A DNA stretch of 64,000 nt from an uncultured Acidobacteriota bacterium (lineage in GTDB: Bacteria; Acidobacteriota; Thermoanaerobaculia; UBA5066; DATFVB01). How positions within the stretch are numbered: position 1 is the stretch's first letter; each line of letters begins with the position of its first letter. Position numbers and translations under genes: made by a program. This document shows, piece after piece, positions 27,239-37,110 of the stretch. Below the pieces are notes generated by a model. The model did no database searches, was not told where the DNA came from, and saw nothing but the letters and a program-made list of their open reading frames with translations. The DNA lies in contig CAWEYG010000003.1 of NCBI GenBank assembly GCA_963813155.1, positions 704,001-768,000 on the forward strand, read 5' to 3'.

Positions 27239-29680
27239 ATGAACGGATTTCTCCACGATCTCCGCTATGCGCTGCGCGGAATCCGGAAGTCGCCCGGGTT
27301 CACGGTCGTCGCCGTCGCGACCCTCGCGCTCGGCATCGGCGCGAATACCGCGATCTTCAGCGTCGTGCGGGCGGTGCTGCTGCGTCCCCTGCCTTTTCCC
27401 CGCGCCGACCGGCTCGTGGCCGTCGATCAGGTCGCCCGGGGCGGGCAGCACGAAGCGATGTCAGCGGCCGATTTCCTGGACGTGGCGGCGCAGACCCGCG
27501 ACACGGTGCGGCTCGCGGCCTCGAGGGAGCGGGAGCTCACGCTCTCGCTCGCCGGCAACCCGGAACGCGTCGGGGCAGCGGTCGTCACGCCGAATTACTT
27601 TTCCGTTCTCGGTCTCGAGCCGCGGCTGGGGCGCGGATTTCTCGAGAGCGGGGCGGGACAGAGGCGCGAAGTCGTCCTCAGCCACTCCCTCTGGGTGCGG
27701 CGATTCGGCTCGCGCCGCGACGCCGTCGGCGAGAACGTGGTGCTCGACGGCGAGCCGGCGAGCATCGTCGGCGTGCTCGGCCCGGGCGCCGACTATCCGG
27801 TCGACACCGAGCTGTGGGCCTCTCCCCGCGCCGGCTTCGCCGCCCCGGAGCATCCCCTCGAGCCCCAATCCGACCCGGCGCAGATGCGCGGGTCGCATTA
27901 CTTCGAGGGGGTCGGGAGGCTTCGCGACGGGATATCGCCGGAACGGGCGCGGGCCGATCTCGATGTCGCGTTCGACCGGGTCGTGAGCGCTCATCCCGAT
28001 TCCGACTTGAAAGACGCGCGCGCGGGAATCGAAGACCTCCACCAGCACGAGGTGAAGGGTTCCCGGGGTTCGCTCTACGCCCTTCTCGGCGCCGTCGGCC
28101 TCGTGCTCCTGATCGCCTGCGCGAACGTCGCGAACCTGCTTCTCGCGCGCGGCACGATTCGTTCGCACGAGATCGCGGTGCGCACGGCGCTCGGCGCCGG
28201 CCGCGCCGCGCTCGTGCGGCTCTTTCTGGCGGAGAGTTGCCTGACGGTGCTCGCCGCCGCCGCGCTCGGCGTCGGCGTCGCGCATCTCGGAACGGGCGCT
28301 CTCGCCGCCCTCCTCACCCGGGGGATCGTCGCCGCCGACACCGTGCGGATCGACGGATCCGTTCTCGCTTTCACCCTTGCGCTCTCGATCGCGGCCGCGC
28401 TCCTGTTCGGCCTCTGGCCCGCGATTCGCTCGTCCGGGCGGGATCCCCAGCTCGTGCTCCAGCGGGGGACGCGGACTTCCTCCGGAGAGCACCGGCTCAC
28501 CCATGGCGCCCTCGTGCTCGTCGAATCCGGCCTTTCGCTGCTCCTTCTCGTCGGAGCCGGACTCCTGCTGAAAAGCCTCTCCCGGATCCTCGCCCAGGAC
28601 GAGGGCTTTCGGGCGGACCGCATCCTCACGCTTGCGACCTCGCTGCCGCCGATCCGATACGCCGATCCGGAAGCCCGCGTTCGTTTCGTCGACCGCGTGC
28701 TGGAGAACGCGCGATCGCTCCCGGGCGCCCGCAGCGCGGCGGTCGTGTCGCGCCTTCCCCTCAATTCCGGCAACAGCACCCGAAGCTTCGTGATCGAAGG
28801 CCACACGTATTCGGCATTTCAGGATTCCGAGCCGCTGAGCCCCGACTACCTGGTCGCCAGCCCGGGCTACTTCGAGTCCCTCGGCATCCCCGTTCTGGCC
28901 GGGCGCTCCTTCACCGACCGCGATCGCGCGAATGCGCCCCCCGTCGCCGTCATCAGCCGGGCGATGGCGCAGGCCTTCTGGCCGGGCGAGAGCCCGATCG
29001 GCAAGCGCATCAAGAACGGGGGGATCTCGGATCCCATACCCTGGGTTACGATCGTGGGCGTCGTCGGCGACGTCCGCCAGCACGACCTCTCCCGGAACGG
29101 CGCTCCGACGCTGTACGTTCCCTACGATCAGGACCCCTGGACGTTTCTCACGGTCGTCGTGCGGACCTCCGGGGCGCCCGAGGCCCTTTCCGGCGCCGCC
29201 ATCGCCGCGATCCGCCGCGCCGATCCCGATCAGGCGGTGTTCAACGTCCGGCCCATGGAAGACGTCGTGGCGCGTTCGATCGGACCGCGCCGCGCGAACA
29301 CCCTCCTCCTCGGGCTCTTCGCGGCGCTCGCGCTCCTCCTCGCGGCCGTCGGCGTCTTCAGCGTGATGTCCTTCGGCGTCGCGCAGCGAACGCGCGAGAT
29401 CGGCATCCGGGTCGCTTTCGGCGCGCGTCCGGCCAACATCCTCCGGCTGATCCTCGGCGACGGCCTTCGCTGGGCCCTTCTCGGCGAAGCGAGCGGGCTC
29501 GTTGCCGTTCTCGCCCTGCGCCGAACCCTGGAGCACTTCGTCTTCGGCGTCCGCGCGACCGATATCGCGACGCTGGCCGGAGCCGCCGGATTGCTTCTGC
29601 TCGTCGCGACGGCGGCCTGCGCCGTTCCCGCCCTTCGCGCCCTTCGGGTCGATCCGCTGACGGCGCTCCGGTACGAGTGA
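27239..29680 (+). CDS. ADOP-family duplicated ABC permease #7
   Basis: 813 aa, LIACANVANLLLAR, QRTREIGIRVAFGA, VDPLTALRYE. Confidence 0.92.
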   Translation: MNGFLHDLRYALRGIRKSPGFTVVAVATLALGIGANTAIFSVVRAVLLRPLPFPRADRLVAVDQVARGGQHEAMSAADFLDVAAQTRDTVRLAASRERELTLSLAGNPERVGAAVVTPNYFSVLGLEPRLGRGFLESGAGQRREVVLSHSLWVRRFGSRRDAVGENVVLDGEPASIVGVLGPGADYPVDTELWASPRAGFAAPEHPLEPQSDPAQMRGSHYFEGVGRLRDGISPERARADLDVAFDRVVSAHPDSDLKDARAGIEDLHQHEVKGSRGSLYALLGAVGLVLLIACANVANLLLARGTIRSHEIAVRTALGAGRAALVRLFLAESCLTVLAAAALGVGVAHLGTGALAALLTRGIVAADTVRIDGSVLAFTLALSIAAALLFGLWPAIRSSGRDPQLVLQRGTRTSSGEHRLTHGALVLVESGLSLLLLVGAGLLLKSLSRILAQDEGFRADRILTLATSLPPIRYADPEARVRFVDRVLENARSLPGARSAAVVSRLPLNSGNSTRSFVIEGHTYSAFQDSEPLSPDYLVASPGYFESLGIPVLAGRSFTDRDRANAPPVAVISRAMAQAFWPGESPIGKRIKNGGISDPIPWVTIVGVVGDVRQHDLSRNGAPTLYVPYDQDPWTFLTVVVRTSGAPEALSGAAIAAIRRADPDQAVFNVRPMEDVVARSIGPRRANTLLLGLFAALALLLAAVGVFSVMSFGVAQRTREIGIRVAFGARPANILRLILGDGLRWALLGEASGLVAVLALRRTLEHFVFGVRATDIATLAGAAGLLLLVATAACAVPALRALRVDPLTALRYE

Positions 29681-29690
29681 GGAGACCAGA

Positions 29691-32099
29691 ATGAACGGAT
29701 TTCTCCAGGACATTCGCTACGCTCTGAGGAGCTTCCGAAGGAACCCGGCGTTCGCGGCGACGGCCATCCTCACGCTCGCGCTCGGAATCGGGGCGACGAC
29801 GGCGGTCTTCAGCTTCGTGAACGGGATTCTGCTTCGCGCCCTTCCCGCGCCGGAGCCTTCCCGCATCGTTTTCATCACTCGCTCCGGGGACGTCTCCATC
29901 CCGGACGGTCGGGACTGGCGCGCGTCCGCGCCGGCCCTCGGTTCGGTGGGACTCTTCCTGCGCGACTGGGACCTCGACCTCACGGGCCTTGGCGAACCCG
30001 AACGCCTGCGTTCCGCGGTCGTCGAGGCGCAGTACTTTCGCGTTCTTGGCATCGCGCCGCTCGTGGGACGAACGATCGAGCCGGCGGACGACCAGTCGGG
30101 GGGACGCCGGGTCGCGGTCATCCGGGAAGCCTTCTGGAACCGGCGCTTCCGCCGCGACCCCGCGATCGTCGGGAAAGTCATATCCCTGAGCGATCACCCC
30201 ACGACGATCATCGGCGTCATGCCGGACGCCTTCGACGTTCTCGGGGACGGCACCGACGTCTGGGTGCCGGCGGCCGTGGAAACGCCGTGGGCGCTCGGCG
30301 AACGAGGCACCAACAACTTCGACGCGATCGGGCGCCTCGCTCCCGGCGCGAGTCTCGCGACCGCAAAAGCACAGCTTCGCTCCGTTTGCGAGCGGCTCGA
30401 GCGGCAGTTCCCCGCGACGAACCAGGGAAAGGTCGTCGAACCGATTCTGCTGCTGGACTTCCTCACCGGCGCCGTCCGGCGCGGGATTCTCGTGCTGTTC
30501 GCCGCCGTCGCCTTCGTCATGCTGATCGGATGCGTGAACCTCGCGAGCCTCCTGCTTGCGCGGCTCGCTTCGAGGGGACCGGAGCTGGCGGTGCGCCGGG
30601 CGCTCGGCGCGGGCAGTGCCAGGATCTTCCGGCAACTGATCGTCGAGGCGGAAGTCCTCAGTCTCGGCGGCGCGCTGCTCGGAGTCCCGATCGCCGCCGC
30701 CGGAACGCGCATGCTCCTGCGCCTGGCGCCCGCGAGCCTTCCCCGCTCCGGCGGGGTGGCCCTCGACCTGCCCGTCCTCGCGTTCGATTTCGGAGCGGCC
30801 CTGCTCGCGGGACTCGCCTGCGCCGCGATCCCGGTCTGGCGGTCGCGGCGAGCGGATCTCTTCGCGCCGGCCGGCGGCGGACGACAGGCGGGCTCGCTGC
30901 GCCGGAGCGGGTCGCTCGGATGGATCATCGCCTCGGAAATCGCGCTCGCCGTTCCCCTCGTCGTCGGGGCGCAGCTGCTGACGCGGAGTTTCCTGGGATT
31001 GAATCGGGTTCCTCTCGGTTTCGAGCCGCGAGGGGCCCTGACCGCGGAGCTCGTCCTCCCCGAGAGCCGCTACTCCGACCGCGCCGCGCAGACCCGGGCG
31101 TTCCGGCGAATCGTCGGGGAGTTGTCCGCCACGCCGGGGATCGAATCCGCGGCGTCGGTGATCGGGGCTCCCCTCCGTCCGTCCGGGCGCGGAATCGGGT
31201 CCTCGATCGACGTGGCCGGCGCCGCGCCTGACCGCTCAGGACGGGCCCCGAGCGCGCGAGTCCGGCCCGTTCTGGGAGACTATTTTCGCGCCCTCCGCAT
31301 TCCTGTCCTTCGGGGACGGGTTCTCCGAGACGCCGACGACGAGAACCACGAGCCGGTCGCGGTCGTCAATCTCGCCCTTGCCCGGCGGTACTGGCCCGGG
31401 CAGGAGGCGGTCGGGAAGACGATTCGCCTCTCGGGCTGGGACGATCCCCGCTCGTTCCGGGTCGTCGGCCTCGTGGCCGACACGAAGCCCTCGGATCTCA
31501 CGGAAGAAGACACGCGGGCGGTCTACATCCCGTACGCCCAGCGAGCGCCGGCGTGGCAGCGATTCGGCACGATCGTGGTCCGCGCGGCGCGCGGCGCAAC
31601 GAATCTGCTGCCCCGAATTCGCGAGGCGATCTGGAGAGTCGACCCCTCCCTGACGATCTCGGAGATCGAGCCCCTGGACCTTCAGTTCCGCCGGAGCCTC
31701 GCGCCCTCGCGCTTTCTCGCCCAGGTGCTCGGAGGCTTCGCGGCCGCGGCCCTTCTCCTCGCCGCACAGGGCCTTTACGGCGTCCTCGCCTACTCCGTCG
31801 TTCTCCGGCGCAAGGAGATCGGCGTGCGGATCGCGCTGGGAGCGACGCGCGGACGCGTCATCTCCCACATCGCGCGCCGGGCCGCCCTTCCGGTCGCCGC
31901 CGGACTCGGCGCGGGCGTCGCAGCCGCGTTCCTCGCTCGCCGGGTTCTGGGGAACCTCCTGTTCGGGGTCTCGAGCTCCGACCCCGCGACGTACGCCCTG
32001 GCGGCCGCCGCCCTTCTCCTCCTCGCCGCGACGGCAAGCTCGCTGCCCGCCCTTCGAGCGTCGAGAATCGATCCGATGACGGCGCTGCGGGAAGACTGA
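29691..32099 (+). CDS. ADOP-family duplicated ABC permease #8
   Basis: 802 aa, CVNLASLLLAR, RRKEIGVRIALGA, IDPMTALRED. Confidence 0.92.
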   Translation: MNGFLQDIRYALRSFRRNPAFAATAILTLALGIGATTAVFSFVNGILLRALPAPEPSRIVFITRSGDVSIPDGRDWRASAPALGSVGLFLRDWDLDLTGLGEPERLRSAVVEAQYFRVLGIAPLVGRTIEPADDQSGGRRVAVIREAFWNRRFRRDPAIVGKVISLSDHPTTIIGVMPDAFDVLGDGTDVWVPAAVETPWALGERGTNNFDAIGRLAPGASLATAKAQLRSVCERLERQFPATNQGKVVEPILLLDFLTGAVRRGILVLFAAVAFVMLIGCVNLASLLLARLASRGPELAVRRALGAGSARIFRQLIVEAEVLSLGGALLGVPIAAAGTRMLLRLAPASLPRSGGVALDLPVLAFDFGAALLAGLACAAIPVWRSRRADLFAPAGGGRQAGSLRRSGSLGWIIASEIALAVPLVVGAQLLTRSFLGLNRVPLGFEPRGALTAELVLPESRYSDRAAQTRAFRRIVGELSATPGIESAASVIGAPLRPSGRGIGSSIDVAGAAPDRSGRAPSARVRPVLGDYFRALRIPVLRGRVLRDADDENHEPVAVVNLALARRYWPGQEAVGKTIRLSGWDDPRSFRVVGLVADTKPSDLTEEDTRAVYIPYAQRAPAWQRFGTIVVRAARGATNLLPRIREAIWRVDPSLTISEIEPLDLQFRRSLAPSRFLAQVLGGFAAAALLLAAQGLYGVLAYSVVLRRKEIGVRIALGATRGRVISHIARRAALPVAAGLGAGVAAAFLARRVLGNLLFGVSSSDPATYALAAAALLLLAATASSLPALRASRIDPMTALRED

Positions 32100-32124
32100 T
32101 GCACGGACGAAAAGGAGACCTTCC

Positions 32125-34581
32125 ATGAACGGACTCGGCCAGGACGTTCGCTTCGCGCTGCGGAGCTTCCGCAAGTCGCCCGGCTTCACGGCGGTCGCGG
32201 TTGTGACGCTCGCGCTCGGCATCGGCGCGAATTCCGCCATCTTCTCGGTCGTCGATGCCGTCCTGCTCCGGCCGCTGCCGTTCCGCGATCCGGGGCGCCT
32301 CGTTCAGATCTTCGAGCCCCTCTCCGAAGGCCAGGGAGCGAGAAACAGCCAGTCGTACCTCGACGTCCAGGACTTTCGGTCAATGAACCGGGTCTTCACC
32401 GGCATCGCCACCTACCGTTCGGAAAGCTTCACTCTCACGGGCGAGGGCGAACCGCTGCACGCTCGAGGAACGGTCGCTTCTTCGAATCTCATGGAGGTTC
32501 TCGGGATTGCGCCCAAGCTCGGCCGTTCCTTCACGCCGGCCGACGACCGGCCCGGGCCGCGGACGGTTCTCCTCGCCGACGGCCTCTGGCGCCGCCGTTT
32601 CGCGGGCGACCCGGGAATCGTCGGACGCACGATCCTGATCGACGGCCGCGCGTTCCGGGTCGCCGGAGTGATGCCGGCCGGGTTCCAGTTTCCGATCGAT
32701 CCCCGTCCCGGCGAGCTCTGGGCGAACGCGGGACTCGACGCCGAACGGCCGGCCGACGATCCGAACGGAAAGTCGCAGGCCGAACAGCGCGGGTGGCGCT
32801 CTCTTCGAACAGTCGCCCGGCTGAAGCCCGGCGTGACGATCGGCCGGGCGACGGCCGAGATGAACGCGATCGCCCGAACGCTCGCCGCGCTCCATCCGGA
32901 CGAAGACGCGCGCCGGAGCGCCGAGGTCCTGGCGCTGCACGAATCGCTGGTTCGCAACCTCGAGCCCGCTCTGCTCGTGCTCTTCGGCGCCGTGGGTTGC
33001 GTGCTCCTCATCGCGTGCGCGAACATCGCGAATCTTCTGCTCGCTCGCGCGGCATCCCGCGAAAAGGAGCTCGCCGTTCGCGCGGCCATCGGAGCGAGCC
33101 GGGCCCGGATGATCCGCCAGCTTCTGACGGAGAGCGTTCTCCTCTCGCTGTTCGGCGGGGCCGCGGGGGTCCTGCTGGCGTACTGGGGAATCGCGCTCGT
33201 CGTCGCCCGCGGCCCGCGGGACCTGCCGCGGCTTTCCCAGATCCACCTCGATGGCTGGGTTCTCCTCTTCACGGCGGCGCTCTCGCTCGTCACCGGCGTC
33301 GTCTTCGGGTTGGCCCCCGCGTTGCGCTCGTCGCCTTCGCGGCTGGCCGAATCGTTGAAAGACGGTGGCCGGGGGGCGAGCGCCGGTCTCCGACAAAATC
33401 GATTTCGAAGCCTGCTCGTGATCGCCGAAGTCACGCTCGCGCTGATTCTCCTCGCGGGGGCCGGACTGCTGCTCCAGAGCTTCGTTCGTCTCCAGCGCGT
33501 CGACCCCGGTTTCCGGCCCGATCACGTCCTTTCGCTGCGCTTCAGCCTCCCGGACCGGTCCTATCCGACTTCGGCCCGGATCGCGGCATTCGTCGCGGGC
33601 ACGGTCGAACGGTGCGCGGCCGTGCCCGGCGTCGTTGCCGCGGCCGCCGTCGGTCCCCTTCCGCTCGGAGGCGGCAACATGGGAACGAGTTTCGAGATCG
33701 AAGGACATCCGACCCCGAAGGCCGAACAGCCGGGCACCGACGTCCGGATCGCGACGCCCGGATACTTCCGAACGATGGGTATTACTCTGTCTTCCGGGCG
33801 CGATTTCCAGCCCGAAGACCGGATCGACGCTCCGCCGGTCGCCATCATCAATCAGACTCTCGCGCGAAAGTTCTTTCCCGGCGTCGACCCGATCGGGCGG
33901 CGGATCCGGCCCGGACTGAGCGCCCTTCCCGGGGATCCTCCCTTCCGGCGAATCGTCGGAGTCGTGGGAGACGTCAAGCACGTCGAGCTCGCGGAGGTCG
34001 ACGGCCCGGAGACGTACCTGCCGGAGGGGCAGGTGCCGTTCAGCACGATGACGGTCGTGGCGCGCACGGCGGGAAGGCCGCTCGACGCCGAGGCCTCGCT
34101 CGCGGCCGCCGTTCACGCCGGCGATCCGACGGTGCCCGTTTTCGACGTTCGGACGATCGACGAGTACATGTCGCAGGCCGTCGCCCGGCCCCGCTTCAAC
34201 GCGGTCCTCCTCGGCCTGTTCGCCGCGCTCGCGCTCGTCCTGACGGCGGTCGGCCTGTACGGAGTCCTGTCCTATTCCGTTTCCCAGCGCACGCACGAGA
34301 TCGGAATCCGGCGCGCGCTCGGCGCCAGCGATTCCGCCGTCTACCGCCTCGTCGTCGGCCATGGCATGCGCCTCGCGGCGCTCGGTCTCGTCCTCGGAAT
34401 CGCCGGGGCTCTCGTGGCGACGCGACTCCTCTCGACGCTGCTGTTCCGGATGAAGCCGTTCGACTTTCCGACCTTCGCCGCCGTGACGCTCGGTCTCGCG
34501 CTCGTGTCCCTCGCGGCGTCGTGGCTGCCGGCCCGGCGGGCCGCGGGGATCGAGCCGACGGTGGCGCTGCGCGACGAGTGA
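32125..34581 (+). CDS. ADOP-family duplicated ABC permease #9
   Basis: 818 aa, CANIANLLLAR, QRTHEIGIRRALGA, IEPTVALRDE. Confidence 0.92.
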   Translation: MNGLGQDVRFALRSFRKSPGFTAVAVVTLALGIGANSAIFSVVDAVLLRPLPFRDPGRLVQIFEPLSEGQGARNSQSYLDVQDFRSMNRVFTGIATYRSESFTLTGEGEPLHARGTVASSNLMEVLGIAPKLGRSFTPADDRPGPRTVLLADGLWRRRFAGDPGIVGRTILIDGRAFRVAGVMPAGFQFPIDPRPGELWANAGLDAERPADDPNGKSQAEQRGWRSLRTVARLKPGVTIGRATAEMNAIARTLAALHPDEDARRSAEVLALHESLVRNLEPALLVLFGAVGCVLLIACANIANLLLARAASREKELAVRAAIGASRARMIRQLLTESVLLSLFGGAAGVLLAYWGIALVVARGPRDLPRLSQIHLDGWVLLFTAALSLVTGVVFGLAPALRSSPSRLAESLKDGGRGASAGLRQNRFRSLLVIAEVTLALILLAGAGLLLQSFVRLQRVDPGFRPDHVLSLRFSLPDRSYPTSARIAAFVAGTVERCAAVPGVVAAAAVGPLPLGGGNMGTSFEIEGHPTPKAEQPGTDVRIATPGYFRTMGITLSSGRDFQPEDRIDAPPVAIINQTLARKFFPGVDPIGRRIRPGLSALPGDPPFRRIVGVVGDVKHVELAEVDGPETYLPEGQVPFSTMTVVARTAGRPLDAEASLAAAVHAGDPTVPVFDVRTIDEYMSQAVARPRFNAVLLGLFAALALVLTAVGLYGVLSYSVSQRTHEIGIRRALGASDSAVYRLVVGHGMRLAALGLVLGIAGALVATRLLSTLLFRMKPFDFPTFAAVTLGLALVSLAASWLPARRAAGIEPTVALRDE

Positions 34582-34623
34582 GCGGAGCGGAAGGATTTCT
34601 TTCGCGGAGAATGAGGTGAACAG

Positions 34624-37067
34624 ATGACCGGAATCCTTCAGGATCTTCGTTTTGCGGCCCGGTTGCTGCGCCGCTCGCCCGGGTTCGCGTTCGGATCGAT
34701 CGTCGTTCTCGCTCTCGGCATCGCGGCCAACGTGACTCTCTTCGGCGTCGTCGACACGGTTCTTCTCAAGCCGCTGCCCTTTGACCACCCCGATCGCCTG
34801 TATGCGATCGTCACTTCGGACGTGAAGCAGCATTTTCGCGCCGCGGCCTCGCCTCCCGACTTCCTCGACTACCGCCGGTCGGTTCGCTCCTTGAAAGACG
34901 TCGCGGCTTCCCAGCCCTGGAACCCGAACGTCACCGGCGAAGCGTCTCCCGAAAGACTGAACGCGCTGCTCGTCTCGGCGAACTTCTTTTCGACCCTCGG
35001 CGTTTCCGCCGCGCGGGGCCGAACGTTTCTTCCCGCCGAGGAAGTCGACGGCCGTGAACGGGTCGCGGTTCTCAGCGACGCTTTCTGGAGACGAAGGTTC
35101 GGCTCGGACCCATCGCGGGTCGGCAAACCGATCCGGCTGAACGGCGAAGAGTACATCGTCGTCGGCGTCATGCCCCCCGGATTCCGGTGGGGCCGCGCGT
35201 ACGGCGGGAGCGGGGCCGCGGACCTCTGGGCGCCGTTCGCGCTGACGCCCTCGCGGATTGCCCCCGACCAGCGCGGCAACGAATACCTCGACCTGATCGG
35301 CCGGCTTCGGCCGGGCGTTTCCGTCCGAGCCGCTCAGGGCGAGATCGACCAGCTCATGGAGGGATTCCGCCGAAGCTACCCGGAGAACTTTCCCCGAGGA
35401 GGGGGGCTCACCACGACGCTCGTTCCCCTCCGGGACGACCTGGTCGAAAACGTGCGCTCGCCTCTCTGGGTGCTCGTCGGTTCGGTCGGGTTCCTTCTGG
35501 CGATCGCGTGCACGAACGTGGCGGGCCTTCTTCTCGCCCGGGCCGCGGCGCGGCGGGGCGAAATCGCGATTCGGGCTTCGCTCGGCGCCACCCGGCAGCG
35601 CCTGCTGCGCCAGCTGCTCGCGGAGAGCGCCCTGCTGGCGTTTGTTGCCGGGGCCCTCGGAGCGTTTCTGGCGGCGGTCGCGTTGGGCGTCGTCCGGCGC
35701 GCGGGTTTCGAGACCTTTCCAGGACTGGAGAGAGCGAGATTCGACGGCGCCGCCGCGGTTTTCTCCGTCGGAGTCTCGGCGCTGACGGCCGTGCTTTTCG
35801 GTCTTCTCCCGGCTCTGGGGGACGACGCGTGGGAACCTCAGGGAAGAGATCGACGCGGATCGGCAGGCCTCCGGTGGAAACCGGGGCCGGCTGCGGCGGT
35901 TTCTCGTGGCCTCGCAGATGGCGTTCGCATCGCTGCTTCTGGTCGGCGCGGGTCTCCTCGTCTCGAGCCTTTCCCGGCTGCTCCAGCGTCAATCCGGGGT
36001 TCGACCCCAACGGCGTCGTCGCCGGCGAGATCTCGCTCCCCCCCTCGCGATACCCGGACCGGGCGTCCCGCGCGGCATTCGCGGAGGCTGTCCTCGCGCG
36101 CCTGCGCTCCGAGCCGGGAATTCGGGCCGCCGGCGCGGCCGAGATTCTTCCGCTCGGGGGTGAGATGAACAGCTCGACGTTCGACGTCGAGAATCGGCCT
36201 GCCGAGCCGGGAGGAACGAAGCCCCACGCCGAGAGCTGGCGAGCCTCGGTCGGCTATTTCGAAACGATGCGGATCCCGCTCTTTCGGGGGCGTCTCTTCG
36301 ATGCGACCGACCGACCCGGATCGGTGCCGGTCGCGATCGTCGACGAAGCGCTTGCGAAGAAATACTTCGGCGGGTTCGGCGCGCTCGGCAGGAGAATCGA
36401 TTTCGAGGGCGACCCGGGCGCGCCGCGATGGCGCGTCATCGTGGGAGTCGTCGGGACGATCCGCGCCCGATCGCTCGACGACGAGCCGCGATCCGCGTTC
36501 TATGTTCCTTTCGCGCAAAGGCCGCCCGGAATGATGGCGCTCGTCGCGAGGACGGGAGGCGATCCGAATCTCGCGGCCCAGGGGCTGCGATCCGCGGTCG
36601 CGGCCGTCGACCGCGACCAGCCGGTTGCCGACGTCGTGCCGCTCTCGGAGGTCCTGTCGGCGTCGGTGTCCCGCCGGCGGCTCGCGGCGGTCGCTCTCTC
36701 GGCCTTCGCCTCGTCGGCGCTCGTTCTCGCGGGCATCGGTCTGTACGGCGTCCTGGCTTACTCCGTCGCCCAGCGGCGCCGCGAGATCGGCATCCGAATG
36801 GCCCTCGGCGCCCGCCCCGGATCGGTCCTGCGCCTCGTCCTGGGCGAGAGCTCGAAGATGATCGCCCTCGGCATCGGGTCGGGCCTCGCGGGCGCGGCCC
36901 TGGCGACGCGATGGCTGACCGGCCTTCTTTACGGCGTCGCGCCGCTCGATCCCGCCACTTTCGCCGGCACGGCAGCCGTGCTCGCCTGCGTCGGTCTCCT
37001 CGCGAGCGGCCTCCCCGCCCGAAGAGCCGCGAGAATCGACCCGATGGAAGCCCTGCGATCCGAATGA
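34624..37067 (+). CDS. ADOP-family duplicated ABC permease #10 (frameshifts near 35815 and 35985)
   Basis: DLRFAARLLRRSPGF start, CTNVAGLLLAR. The final piece runs VNPGFDP...QRRREIGIRMALGA...IDPMEALRSE. Confidence 0.88.
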
Positions 37068-37110
37068 GGGTCGGCGGAATCCTGTCGTTTATGATGAAGG
37101 AGACGCAACG

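Noticed and set aside
23051-27451. 1466-aa minus-strand ORF and similar long antisense ORFs (11483-14704, 27461-29713, 32380-34833, 45511-48765, 55756-58230)
   Set aside because: These are shadow frames of real genes in GC-rich DNA: Arg/Gly/Pro-rich, no motifs, fully overlapping well-supported genes.
12551-37067. Integron-, CRISPR- or DGR-like mechanism behind the permease array
   Set aside because: No attC-like palindromes, recombinase, reverse transcriptase or repeat-spacer pattern. Spacers are only a few to ~40 nt.
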